NCBI GenBank assembly: GCA_022823665.1
Contig: JAJEHN010000037.1
Location: 115,439 to 179,438 of the forward strand
Length of the DNA stretch: 64,000 bases
Reading direction: 5' to 3'
Origin: Thermoanaerobaculia bacterium
GTDB taxonomy: Bacteria; Acidobacteriota; Thermoanaerobaculia; Multivoradales; Multivoraceae
In this document: piece after piece, positions 1 to 8,960 of the stretch
Numbering within the stretch: the stretch's first letter is position 1
Layout: the number at the start of each line of letters is the position of its first letter
Translations under genes and position numbers: made by a program
Notes under the pieces: generated by a model
Databases searched by the model: none
What the model was told of the DNA's origin: nothing
Seen by the model: the letters and a program-made list of their open reading frames with translations, nothing else

Positions 1-788
1 GGCGCGAGCAGGCGGCCCTGCGGCGGGGAGCCGATGTCGTCGTCGGCACGCCGGGCCGGACGCTGGACCACCTGCGACAGGGGTCCCTCGATCTGGGCGC
101 GGTGCGGTTCCTCGTCCTGGACGAAGCGGACGAGATGCTGGACCAGGGTTTTGCCCGCGACGTCGAGGCGATCCTCAGCCGCACTCCCGCTTCAAGGCAG
201 ACGGCCCTGTTCTCGGCCACCATGCCGAACTGGGTGGCGAAGACGGCCAGGCAGTATCTGCGCAACCCGGTAAAGGTCGAGATCGACGCCGGGACGCAGG
301 AGTCGGCGGTGGAGCATCTCGTCTACTCGATCCAGAAGGACGACAAGATGGAGGCGCTACGGTCGCTGCTGGATGGCCGCAACGGCGACCCGATTCTCGT
401 CTTCGGTCGAACGAAACACGGGGTCAGGAAGCTGGCGAAGAAGCTCGATGCGCTCGGCTATCCGGTGGGGGCTCTGCAGGGCAACCTCAGCCAGGGCGCC
501 CGCGAGCGCGTGATGCGGGGTTTCCGTTCCGGCGCCGCGCCGATTCTGGTGGCGACGAATGTCGCCGCCCGCGGCATCGACGTCCAGGGCATCGGTCAGG
601 TCATCAACTTCGACCTGCCGGACTCCCAGCGGCTGTTCACCCACCGCGTGGGGCGAACCGGGCGGATGGGGAGTTCGGGCGAGGCGGTGACCTTCATCAC
701 GCCGGACGAAGAGCGGAAGTGGCGCGAGATCCAGCGGGGCCTGGGTCGACGGTTTCCCCGGCGGCCGTGGCGCGCACCGGCGCGCTGA
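1..788 (+). CDS. DEAD-box ATP-dependent RNA helicase (C-terminal part; 5' end lies outside window)
   Basis: Reading the frame from base 3 gives ...VVVGTPGRTLDHL... then VLDEADEML (motif II), SAT (motif III), HRVGRTGR (motif VI). No start codon before the window edge. Confidence 0.85.
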   Translation, partial: REQAALRRGADVVVGTPGRTLDHLRQGSLDLGAVRFLVLDEADEMLDQGFARDVEAILSRTPASRQTALFSATMPNWVAKTARQYLRNPVKVEIDAGTQESAVEHLVYSIQKDDKMEALRSLLDGRNGDPILVFGRTKHGVRKLAKKLDALGYPVGALQGNLSQGARERVMRGFRSGAAPILVATNVAARGIDVQGIGQVINFDLPDSQRLFTHRVGRTGRMGSSGEAVTFITPDEERKWREIQRGLGRRFPRRPWRAPAR

Positions 789-804
789 CCGACCGAGGTC
801 TTCG

Positions 805-1929
805 TCAGTCAGCCGCGGGTTCGGCCCGCCGGAGCTGCCTTGAGGACGATTCCCTGATGTGGATGTCGTGCTGGCTGAACGGGATCTCGATCCCGGCGGC
901 GGCGAACGCCTTGTGCGTCGCCTTGACCAGTTCGTGGGTGACGATGCCCCGAAGCACCGGCTCCTCGACCCAGCACAGCAGTTCGTAGTCGATGGACGAG
1001 GGGCCGAAGGTGCGGAACCGTACGCGAGGTTCGGGCTGTTTGCACACTTTGGGGTTGTCCGCGGCGACCTGGAGCTGGACCGCTTCGACGTGGTCCACGT
1101 CGCTGCCGTAGGCGACCCCGACGCGCACCCGGATCCGGTACTTGACGTGGGGCCCACCGCTTTCGTTGTTGATCTTCGCGTTCCCCATCACCGCGTTGGG
1201 GATCGTGACTTCGATGTCGTCGCGGGTCAGCAGGCGGGTGCTGCGGATGCCGATCTCGGTGACCATGCCGCGCTCGCCGCTGTCGAGGGTGATGAAGTCG
1301 CCGATCTTGTAGGGCCCGTCCGCGAAGATGAAGATGCCCGCGAACAGGTTCGCCAGCGTGTCGCGCGCCGCGAAGCCGACCGCCAGGCCGGCGATGCCGC
1401 CCGCCGCCAGGAGCCCCGAGACGTCGGCGCCCCAGGCGTTGATCACCAGGTAGGCCCCCAGGATCACGATCGCGACCTTGGCCAGGTTCTCGAACAGGGG
1501 CTCGGTGTGCCTGGAGACGAGAGCGCCCTCGCTCCTGCGCCGCGCCAGAGCCCGCAGCAGGACTCCCGAAGCGCGAAGCGCCGCGACGACCCAGAACACC
1601 AGCGCGACGGTCTGCAGCGCGTCGACGATCCTCTGCTCGGTGGCGCCGGCGAGCTGCAATCGAGCGACGCCCATCCGCAAGCCGATCAGGAAGACCGAGA
1701 TCCAGAGCGGCCAGTGGGCCGCCTCGAGCAGTCGGTCGTCGACTTCGGTCTTCGTCTTCCCGACGAGCTTCGTCGCGCCGAACTTGAGGATCCACCAGAC
1801 CACCCAGGCGCTCAGCGCGGAGACGAACGCGATTGCCAGCAACTGGAGCCACGCGCCCCAGAGCTCGTGCACGTAGATCGGAACCAGCTCTGCGAGCCGT
1901 TCCTCCAGTGCGGTCAGTTGCGCGTCCAC
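805..1929 (-). CDS. small-conductance mechanosensitive channel (MscS family)
   Basis: 374-aa ORF with N-terminal TM helices and a conserved MscS core (GGIAGLAVGFAARDTLANLFAGIFIFADGPYKIGDFI...GMVTEIGIRSTRL). Confidence 0.85.
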   Translation of the reverse strand: MDAQLTALEERLAELVPIYVHELWGAWLQLLAIAFVSALSAWVVWWILKFGATKLVGKTKTEVDDRLLEAAHWPLWISVFLIGLRMGVARLQLAGATEQRIVDALQTVALVFWVVAALRASGVLLRALARRRSEGALVSRHTEPLFENLAKVAIVILGAYLVINAWGADVSGLLAAGGIAGLAVGFAARDTLANLFAGIFIFADGPYKIGDFITLDSGERGMVTEIGIRSTRLLTRDDIEVTIPNAVMGNAKINNESGGPHVKYRIRVRVGVAYGSDVDHVEAVQLQVAADNPKVCKQPEPRVRFRTFGPSSIDYELLCWVEEPVLRGIVTHELVKATHKAFAAAGIEIPFSQHDIHIRESSSRQLRRAEPAAD

Positions 1930-1958
1930 CGGTTGCTACGATAGCCGACGGCTTGCCG

Positions 1959-2339
1959 ATGAACTGGCTGTTTGCGGGACTGTTGATGTGCGCCGCCTCG
2001 GTCGGCGCCGGTGCGTTCGGGGCTCACGGTTTGCGGTCCGCGCTGGACGCCGAGCACCTGGCGTTGTGGGAGACCGCGGCGCGCTACCTCATGTACGGCG
2101 GGGTGGTCGTCAGCCTCCTCGGTCTCGCCGGGCGGGTTTCGGCGGTCGACCTGCGGCTCGCCGGCTGGCTGCTGTTCGTTGGCTCCCTGATCTTCTCCGG
2201 CACCGTGGCGGTGATTGCCGTCGGCGGCCCCCGCTGGCTGGGCGCCATCACGCCGGTCGGCGGTACGTTGCTGATCGTCGGAATCCTCGTTTTCGCCTGG
2301 AGGATGCTGCAGGGTCCGGGGACTCCGGCCGGGTTCTGA
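1959..2339 (+). CDS. DUF423 (YgdD/TMEM256-like) small membrane protein
   Basis: ATG at 1959 (MNWLFAGLLM...) followed by four hydrophobic helices. The upstream part of ORF 1833..2339 is Arg/Pro-rich and was discarded. Confidence 0.65.
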   Translation: MNWLFAGLLMCAASVGAGAFGAHGLRSALDAEHLALWETAARYLMYGGVVVSLLGLAGRVSAVDLRLAGWLLFVGSLIFSGTVAVIAVGGPRWLGAITPVGGTLLIVGILVFAWRMLQGPGTPAGF

Positions 2340-2461
2340 AACAACGGGGGAATGCCGGTTCGACGCCGCGCGTTCGGACCATTCCCTACAGCCGCTGCGC
2401 GGTCTATGCTGCGGCCCCGGCCGCGCCCAGGCGGTCCTCACACTCCAGGAGATCAACTGAA

Positions 2462-4087
2462 ATGCCGAACGGCACCTTGCAAGTACCCGCGCCCCGCAAC
2501 GAACCCGTCCTCGACTACGCGCCCGGTTCCGCCGAGCGGGCCGCTCTCGAGGCACGGCTGAAGGAGATGCTCGGCGAGCGGGTCGAGATCCCGGTCCTGG
2601 CCGGCGGCCGCGAGATCCACACCGGCCGCACGCAGGACGTCGTCTGCCCTCACGATCACGGTCATGTTCTCGGCACCTGTCACCAGGCCGGCGCCGCGGA
2701 AGTCGAAGCGGCAGTGGCGGCCTCCCAGGAGGCCTGGCCGGCGTGGTCCGCGATGCCGTTCGAGGAGAGGGCGGCGATCTTCCTCCGCGCAGCCGAACTC
2801 CTGGCCGGTTCCTGGCGGCAGACGGTGAACGCCGCGACCATGCTGAACCAGTCGAAGACGTGCTACCAGGCCGAGATCGACTCGGCCTGCGAGCTGATCG
2901 ACTTCCTGCGCTTCAACGTCGCGTTCGCGGAGGAGCTCTACGGCCAGCAGCCGGTCTCGTCGCCCGGGATCTGGAACTACGTCGAGTACCGGGCTCTCGA
3001 GGGCTTCGTGTTCGCGGTCACGCCGTTCAACTTCACAGCGATCGCCGGCAACCTGCCGACGTCGGCGGCGATCATGGGCAACACGGTGCTGTGGAAGCCG
3101 GCATCGACGGCGCTGCTCTCGGGCTACTACGTGATGAAGCTGCTCGAAGAGGCGGGGTTGCCGCCGGGCGTGATCAACTTCGTGCCCGGCCCGGGCGCCA
3201 CGGTGGGCGATCCGGTCCTCGCCAGCCGCCACCTGGCGGGCATTCACTTCACCGGTTCGACGCCCGTGTTCCAGCGCATGTGGCGGACGATCGGCGACCG
3301 GATCCAGGGCTACGACACGTACCCGCGCATCGTCGGCGAAACCGGCGGCAAGGACTTCGTGTTCGCCCATCCGTCGGCGGACCCCGCGGCGCTGACGACG
3401 GCGTTGATCCGGGGCTCCTTCGAGTACCAGGGGCAGAAGTGCTCCGCGTCGTCCCGGGCCTATGTTCCGGCTTCGCTGTGGGGCGAGGTGCGCGAGCGGC
3501 TCTGCGCCGAGCTGGCGACTGTGTCGATGGGCTCTCCCGTCGACTTCTCGAACTTCATGGCCGCGGTCATCGACCAGTCGTCCTTCAACAACATCTCCGG
3601 CTACCTGGCCGACGCGGAGAACGGATCGCCGTACGAGATCGTCTCGGGAGGCGGACGGGACGATTCGGTCGGCTACTTCGTCGAGCCCACCGTCGTCCGC
3701 AGCGAGGACCCGCGCTCGCGCCTGATGAGCGAGGAGATCTTCGGACCGGTGCTGACTGTCTTCGTGTACGAGGACGGTGCGCTCGAGGAGACGCTGGAAC
3801 TCTGCGACACGACGAGCCCGTACGCGCTCACCGGCGCCGTGTTCGCCAACGACCGCGCGGCCGTCGCCCGCATCGGCGCCGCGCTGCGCAACGCCGCCGG
3901 CAACTTCTACATCAACGACAAGCCGACCGGCGCCGTCGTCGGCCAGCAGCCCTTCGGCGGCGCCCGGGCGTCCGGCACGAACGACAAGGCGGGCTCCATG
4001 GCGAACCTGATGCGCTGGACGTCCCAGCGGGCGGTCAAGGAGAACTTCGCCCCGCCGACGGACTACCGGTACCCGCACATGGGCTGA
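2462..4087 (+). CDS. pruA: L-glutamate gamma-semialdehyde (1-pyrroline-5-carboxylate) dehydrogenase
   Basis: ATG at 2462 (MPNGTLQVP...) verified. Aldehyde dehydrogenase family with FTGSTPVFQ, ETGGKDF, EYQGQKCSA and EEIFGPV motifs. The upstream 158 codons of ORF 1988..4087 are low complexity. Confidence 0.9.
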   Translation: MPNGTLQVPAPRNEPVLDYAPGSAERAALEARLKEMLGERVEIPVLAGGREIHTGRTQDVVCPHDHGHVLGTCHQAGAAEVEAAVAASQEAWPAWSAMPFEERAAIFLRAAELLAGSWRQTVNAATMLNQSKTCYQAEIDSACELIDFLRFNVAFAEELYGQQPVSSPGIWNYVEYRALEGFVFAVTPFNFTAIAGNLPTSAAIMGNTVLWKPASTALLSGYYVMKLLEEAGLPPGVINFVPGPGATVGDPVLASRHLAGIHFTGSTPVFQRMWRTIGDRIQGYDTYPRIVGETGGKDFVFAHPSADPAALTTALIRGSFEYQGQKCSASSRAYVPASLWGEVRERLCAELATVSMGSPVDFSNFMAAVIDQSSFNNISGYLADAENGSPYEIVSGGGRDDSVGYFVEPTVVRSEDPRSRLMSEEIFGPVLTVFVYEDGALEETLELCDTTSPYALTGAVFANDRAAVARIGAALRNAAGNFYINDKPTGAVVGQQPFGGARASGTNDKAGSMANLMRWTSQRAVKENFAPPTDYRYPHMG

Positions 4088-4117
4088 TGCGGTCGCCGCT
4101 TCGCGGCGCGTCTTCCT

Positions 4118-4164
4118 GGCCGCCTGCGGCGGCAGCGGGTCAGAAGACCCGCGCACCTACCGGA
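4118..4164. repeat. twin-hairpin REP-like element / probable bidirectional terminator (copy 1), between convergent pruA and fprA
   Basis: GCCGCC-tgc-GGCGGC (4119-4133) and GCGGGTC-agaa-GACCCGC (4135-4152), then GCACCTACCG. Its last bases supply the TAG stop of minus-strand fprA. A near-identical copy sits at 12186-12232. Confidence 0.7.
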
Positions 4165-5659
4165 GGCGGTTCACCGCCGCCATCATCGACTCGACGTCGG
4201 TGTACTTCTCGCGGACCTTGTTCTGGGCCTCTCCGAGGCGGACCTCGTCTTCGTCGAGCCGGTTCCAGTCGTCGAAGGTCACGAAGTCGACGCCGCGTTC
4301 GCGGAGCAGCTCGACGATCCTCTCCGGCGCCTTGTCGGGGTCGGCCGGCGCCGCTACGCCGTCGATGTCCTCGATCATCTTCTTGACCGTGGCGGTGGAG
4401 TCCGGGCTGTTCGTGCCAATCAGGCCGGTCGGGCCGCGCTTGGCCCAGCCGACGACGTACTGGCCCGGCACGACGTCGCCGTCCGGCTCTGTCTGCAGGC
4501 GGCCTTCGTCGTTGGGCAGGATGCCCCAGCGTTCATGGAACGGCACGCCCGGAAGGGGCACGCCGCGATAGCCGACCGCCTTGAACACGAGGTCGACGTC
4601 GAGGGTCTCGGTTTCGCCGGTGCCTCGTGGTCTCGGCGTGCCGTCGTCGGCGGCGTAGAGCTCGTTCTTCTCGATCACACACCGGCCAACCCGGCCGTCG
4701 TCGCCCGCCTGAAGGTCGATGGGTGAAACGAGGAACCGGCAGGTGACGAGGCGGTCGCCGTCGCCGGCTTGAGCGCCCGCGATCTCGCTCAGATAGGTCA
4801 CGTTGCGGCGTGCGCTGGGCGCGGCGCTTTCCTCGAGCCAGCTACTGCTGATCTCGTCGAGGTCCATCTCCGCTTCGGACACCAGCAGACTGGCGCCTTC
4901 GAGCGAACCGATCTCCTTGATCTCCTGGGGCGAGAACGCTGCCTGCGCCGGCCCACGGCGGCCGAGCAGGACGACCTCCTCGACCCCGCTCTCGCGGAGC
5001 ACGTCGAGCGATTCGGCGGTGATGTCGGTGGGAGCGAGCTCGTCCGTGTTCCGCACCAGGACGCGGGTCACGTCCATCGCCACGTTGCCGTTACCGACGA
5101 CGGCGACCCGCCGCGCCGAGGCCAGGTCGAAGCTGCGATCCTGGAAGTCGGGGTGGCCGTTGTACCAGCCGACGAACTCGGTCGCCGAGTGAACGCCCGG
5201 GAGGTCCTCGCCCGGAATCCCCATCTTGCGGTCCGACTCGTTGCCGGTGGCGTAGACGATGTGGTCGTAGTGCCGGCGGAGGTCATCGACCGAAATATCG
5301 CGGCCGAGTTCGACGTTGCCGAAGAAGCGGAAACGCTCATGCTGCGCGGTGCGGTTGTAGACCCTGATGACGTTCTTGATCTTCTGATGATCGGGGGCGA
5401 CGCCGCCCCGCACCAGGCCGAACGGAGTGGGCAGGCGGTCGAAGAGATCGACGTCGGCCTCGATGCCGTCGGCCTTGAACAGCGCGGCGATCGCGTAGAA
5501 ACCGCTCGGACCGGAGCCGATCACGGCGACGCGGAGGGGTCGTTCACTGCTGCCGAGAGGCCAGCTTTCTGAGGTCTCGTGCACTCGTTCCTCGCCTTCG
5601 CGCCCGGCCGACGCGATCTTCGTTCTGGTGTCGGGAAAGGTCGATCGGTCGGGAATCAT
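4157..5659 (-). CDS. fprA: ferredoxin--NADP+ reductase, FprA/adrenodoxin-reductase type
   Basis: N-terminal FAD fold VAVIGSGPSGFYA; second dinucleotide fold VAVVGNGNVAMD; C-terminal GWAKRGPTGLIGTN. Alternative GTG start at 5584 with an AAGGCGAGGA RBS would remove about 25 N-terminal residues. Confidence 0.8.
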   Translation of the reverse strand: MIPDRSTFPDTRTKIASAGREGEERVHETSESWPLGSSERPLRVAVIGSGPSGFYAIAALFKADGIEADVDLFDRLPTPFGLVRGGVAPDHQKIKNVIRVYNRTAQHERFRFFGNVELGRDISVDDLRRHYDHIVYATGNESDRKMGIPGEDLPGVHSATEFVGWYNGHPDFQDRSFDLASARRVAVVGNGNVAMDVTRVLVRNTDELAPTDITAESLDVLRESGVEEVVLLGRRGPAQAAFSPQEIKEIGSLEGASLLVSEAEMDLDEISSSWLEESAAPSARRNVTYLSEIAGAQAGDGDRLVTCRFLVSPIDLQAGDDGRVGRCVIEKNELYAADDGTPRPRGTGETETLDVDLVFKAVGYRGVPLPGVPFHERWGILPNDEGRLQTEPDGDVVPGQYVVGWAKRGPTGLIGTNSPDSTATVKKMIEDIDGVAAPADPDKAPERIVELLRERGVDFVTFDDWNRLDEDEVRLGEAQNKVREKYTDVESMMAAVNRLR

Positions 5660-5713
5660 AGCGTCGTACCGGCCGGCGCGGTTCCAGAGTGTGACAAGCC
5701 CGGTCGGCGGCAG

Positions 5714-5738
5714 TTGTCAATACGGCTAACTGTTGACA
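5714..5738. promoter_or_regulatory. inverted repeat TGTCAA-N12-TTGACA in the AT-rich divergent fprA / hypothetical-gene intergenic region; -35-like hexamers
   Basis: Sequence cagTTGTCAAtacggctaactgTTGACAtgattagacat. The only AT-rich patch in this GC-rich region. TTGTCA-N17-CATGAT is a possible sigma70-like promoter for the + strand gene. Confidence 0.4.
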
Positions 5739-5810
5739 TGATTAGACATACGCTGCTCCGGACCGCTCGGTCAAGCGGACCGCGGTGGGGAAACTCTGGG
5801 GGAGAATGCC

Positions 5811-7691
5811 ATGTCCCGTCCCTGTTGGCTCGCTGAGTACACCGCCCGCATCCCGGCGCGGTCGACCTTCGTTCTGTTTCTGCTGGGTGGCCTGATTCTG
5901 GGCGCCCTGCCCACCGCCGCGCAGCAGTGCGAGGGTGCGTCCGAGATCACCCGCCTCGGGGGCGCAAACCGATTCACGGCCCCCATAACGGACCAGGCGG
6001 GTCTGCAGGCCCTGTTCGTGGACCACCGGGACGAGATCCTGGCTCTCCTTGGCCAAGCCGGCTGGTCGGGCGACGCGGACGATCTGTTCGCCGCCGTCGC
6101 CGCGTGGCGAGGCGTCACATCGACGACGTTCGAACCCGGCCAGCGGATTCAGTGGATGTTCTTCCGTGAGCGTGGGCAGACGCCCACGGTCGGCACGAAC
6201 ATGTGCTGGGCCGGCGACGAGGCGTTCGCGGCCTGGGAGATCCGCTTCAACTCGAACGGGCGCTGGTACTCGATGATCGTGCCCGAGTCGTGCGGAAACC
6301 TGGCGCTCCTGGCCGAACGGCCGCTGCCGAAGGTCACGCTCGACCTGGACATCGGGGGCCTCTCCTGCGCGGACCAGACCTTCGACTTCCGGAGTTCCTG
6401 CACCGACGGTGACGCTTCGGTGACGGTGAGGATGCCGGACGGCACCGAGAGGGCGGCAGGCGACGGCAGCGTCTCCTTCCCCTTCGCGGATCAGGGCGAC
6501 TACACGGTCACGGCAACCTGCAACGCGATGTCGCCGCGCGGCGACCCGCTCGAGGACTCGATGAGCAGCGCCATCGCCGTCGGTTGTCCGAGTTGCCTGG
6601 TCGCCGCTGCCCCGGAGGAAGTCGATCTGGGGCAGTCATCGGTTCTGACGGTCGTTCCCAGGGCAGGGCACGGCGCCGAGGTGACCCGGGTCACGCTCGA
6701 CGGTCAGCCGCTTGCTTCGCCCTACACGAAGGAGATGACGCACGGAGGCGCGGACGCGTTCACCCACACGGTGACGGTCGAAACGAACACCGGTCAGAGC
6801 GCTCAGTGCTCGGCCGGGATGAAGGTTGCGCCGACGGTCACGGTGTCGATCGAGCCGGATCGCGTGTTGACCGGACAGACGGCGGTCGTCACGGTGGCGC
6901 CGGAGAATGGCGACGGTGCGCCGGTGACGGTCGCGCTGGACGGCCAGCCGCTGGCGGAGCCCTACGAACGCGCGGTCGCTCACGCGACGGATGGCGAGTT
7001 CACCCACACGGCGACAGTGGAGAACGCCGGCGGCAGTAACGAAGCGTCGGCGACGATGAAGGTCGATCGGCGGTGGACCCTGCTGCCGACGCTCAGCTTG
7101 CTGAGCGGTGACGACGTGCACATCTCGCTGCTGGGTCCGGACATGCGGGACAGGCTCAAGGCCTGCGTGGACGGAGTCGGCGTCGGCCTAGCCGCCGAGT
7201 ACCGCCTGAGCTATCCCATGGGGATCATGTTCGGGGCGGAGACGACCAACTGCGAAGTCGACTGGTATCTGCACCCGGGTGGCCGGACCGGCTACGACGG
7301 CGTTGACGTGGAGATGAAGAAGTTCTTCTTCGGGCTGAACTTCCATCTGACCCGCCCCGGCAGCCGTGTGGACTGGTGGCTGGGACCCCTGGTCGCCCAG
7401 CTCGACTACAGCTCTCCGACCCTCATGCCGACCGGGCTGGATGGCGTGTCGGTGGACGCCGTCTACCGTCCCCAGTGGTCCGGCGAGACGGTTCTCGGCG
7501 CCAACATGGGTCTGAAGATCCCGTTCAAGGCGGACTGCCCGGTCGGCCTGTACTTCGGCGCTTTCTGGCTCGACTCGTCGATGAAGGCGAAGAGTTCGGA
7601 GATCCGCGGCGAGGACGGGGCTCTCGCGCCCGCGTTCGAGCTGCGCAAGACGCCGGTCTACGTCAAGGCTGGAATCTCGATCGAGTTCTGA
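5811..7691 (+). CDS. hypothetical secreted protein: signal peptide, cysteine-rich N-domain, two tandem ~79-aa Ig-like repeats, C-terminal putative outer-membrane beta-barrel ending in Phe
   Basis: Hydrophobic N-terminus (FVLFLLGGLILGALPTAAQQ). Repeats VTLDGQPLASPY...FTHTVTVE / VALDGQPLAEPY...FTHTATVE. C-terminal 200 aa show alternating hydrophobic residues and end ...AGISIEF. Confidence 0.6.
   Translation: MSRPCWLAEYTARIPARSTFVLFLLGGLILGALPTAAQQCEGASEITRLGGANRFTAPITDQAGLQALFVDHRDEILALLGQAGWSGDADDLFAAVAAWRGVTSTTFEPGQRIQWMFFRERGQTPTVGTNMCWAGDEAFAAWEIRFNSNGRWYSMIVPESCGNLALLAERPLPKVTLDLDIGGLSCADQTFDFRSSCTDGDASVTVRMPDGTERAAGDGSVSFPFADQGDYTVTATCNAMSPRGDPLEDSMSSAIAVGCPSCLVAAAPEEVDLGQSSVLTVVPRAGHGAEVTRVTLDGQPLASPYTKEMTHGGADAFTHTVTVETNTGQSAQCSAGMKVAPTVTVSIEPDRVLTGQTAVVTVAPENGDGAPVTVALDGQPLAEPYERAVAHATDGEFTHTATVENAGGSNEASATMKVDRRWTLLPTLSLLSGDDVHISLLGPDMRDRLKACVDGVGVGLAAEYRLSYPMGIMFGAETTNCEVDWYLHPGGRTGYDGVDVEMKKFFFGLNFHLTRPGSRVDWWLGPLVAQLDYSSPTLMPTGLDGVSVDAVYRPQWSGETVLGANMGLKIPFKADCPVGLYFGAFWLDSSMKAKSSEIRGEDGALAPAFELRKTPVYVKAGISIEF
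6582..7067 (+). repeat. in-frame tandem duplication (~237 bp x 2) encoding two Ig-like repeats inside CDS 5811..7691
   Basis: DNA ctcgacggtcagccgcttgc...ttcacccacacggtgacggtcgaaacgaac vs ctggacggccagccgctggc...ttcacccacacggcgacagtggagaacgcc; protein period 79 aa. Confidence 0.7.
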
Positions 7692-7745
7692 CGGTTCCGG
7701 GACAGAGGCGGGCTGAGCCGCGCTTCCCGCCGCATCCGATGTAGT

Positions 7746-8960
7746 TTGGGGGCAGGCGGGGAACTTGCCGTGAAGCCGACGGAACTGGAAGAACGCTACG
7801 GCGCACGGAACTACGCGCCCCTCGACATCGTGATCGACCGCGCCGAGGGCGTGTGGGTCTGGGATGTCGACGGTCGCCGTTACCTCGACTGCCTCGCGGC
7901 CTACTCGGCGGTCAACCAGGGGCACTGCCATCCCCGGATCGTGGATGCCCTGATCCGGCAGAGCCGGAAGGTGGCGGTCACTTCGCGGGCGTTCCACAAC
8001 GCCGAACTCGGGGCGTTCTTTCGGGACGTCTGCGAACTGACCGGCTTCGAGCGGGCGCTGCCGATGAACACCGGCGCCGAGGCGGTGGAGACCGCGATCA
8101 AGCTGGCCAGAAAGTGGGCGTACACGCGCAAGGGCGTTTCTCCGGGACGAGCGGAGATCCTGGCGTTCGCCAACAACTTCCACGGCCGCACGACGACGAT
8201 CGTCGGCTTCTCGAGCGAGCCCCAGTACCGCGAGGGATTCGGCCCGTTCACGCCCGGCTTCGAGCTGCTGCCGTTCGGCGACGCCTCCGCCGCAAGGGCG
8301 GCGGTGGGTCCGGACACGGCGGCGGTCCTGATCGAGCCGATTCAGGGGGAGGGCGGCATCGTCGTGCCTCCAGACGGTTACCTTGCCGAACTGCGGGAGG
8401 TCTGCAGCGAGCGGAACGCGCTCCTGATCGTCGACGAGATCCAGTCCGGTCTGGGGCGGACAGGGCGGATGTTCGCGCATGAGCACGACGGCATACGGCC
8501 GGACGTGATGCTGCTCGGCAAGGCGCTCTCCGGCGGTCTGTATCCTGTGTCGGTGGTCGTGGCGGACGCGGAGATCATGGATGTCTTCCAGCCGGGCGAC
8601 CATGGCTCCACCTACGGCGGCAATCCGGTGGCGGCGGCGGTCGCGCGCGCCGCGCTGGCGGTGCTGCAGGACGAGGGCCTGATCGAGAACTCGGCGCGTC
8701 TCGGCGAGTACGCCCTGGGCCGGTTGCGAAGCGTCCGTTCGCCGCTGGTGCGCGAGGTCCGTGGCCGTGGACTGTGGATCGGAATCGAACTCGTTGAATC
8801 CGCCGGCGGCGCCCGTTCGTATTGCGAGAAACTGGCCGGGCAGGGACTGCTGTGCAAGGAAACCCATGATCACGTCATCCGATTCGCGCCGCCCCTGGTC
8901 ATCAGGCAGGAGGAACTGGACTGGGCGCTGGATCGCATCGAGGAAGTGCTGACGGCATGA
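7746..8960 (+). CDS. rocD: ornithine aminotransferase
   Basis: Near-collinear with known OATs: YGARNYAPL, AYSAVNQGHCHP, DEIQSGLGRTGRMFA, PDVMLLGKALSGG, HGSTYGGNP, LLCKETHDHVIRFAPPL. Confidence 0.9.
   Translation: MGAGGELAVKPTELEERYGARNYAPLDIVIDRAEGVWVWDVDGRRYLDCLAAYSAVNQGHCHPRIVDALIRQSRKVAVTSRAFHNAELGAFFRDVCELTGFERALPMNTGAEAVETAIKLARKWAYTRKGVSPGRAEILAFANNFHGRTTTIVGFSSEPQYREGFGPFTPGFELLPFGDASAARAAVGPDTAAVLIEPIQGEGGIVVPPDGYLAELREVCSERNALLIVDEIQSGLGRTGRMFAHEHDGIRPDVMLLGKALSGGLYPVSVVVADAEIMDVFQPGDHGSTYGGNPVAAAVARAALAVLQDEGLIENSARLGEYALGRLRSVRSPLVREVRGRGLWIGIELVESAGGARSYCEKLAGQGLLCKETHDHVIRFAPPLVIRQEELDWALDRIEEVLTA

Noticed and set aside
809-1944. Long ORFs 809..1852(-) and 859..1944(+) overlapping the MscS gene.
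   Set aside because: Arg/Gly/Pro-rich low-complexity translations typical of GC-rich shadow frames. The MscS frame has clear family motifs.
1988-2461. 158-codon N-terminal extension of the pruA ORF.
   Set aside because: Low-complexity Arg/Gly sequence. Homology to P5C dehydrogenases begins exactly at ATG 2462.
2453-4386. Antisense/alternate-frame ORFs 2453..4156(-) and 2743..4386(+) across pruA.
   Set aside because: No motifs and extreme Arg/Gly/Pro content. pruA is unambiguous.
6582-7067. Possible CRISPR-like or other short-period repeats.
   Set aside because: The only repeats found are the in-frame 237-bp protein-coding duplication and the two-copy hairpin element. Neither has the repeat-spacer regularity of a CRISPR array.
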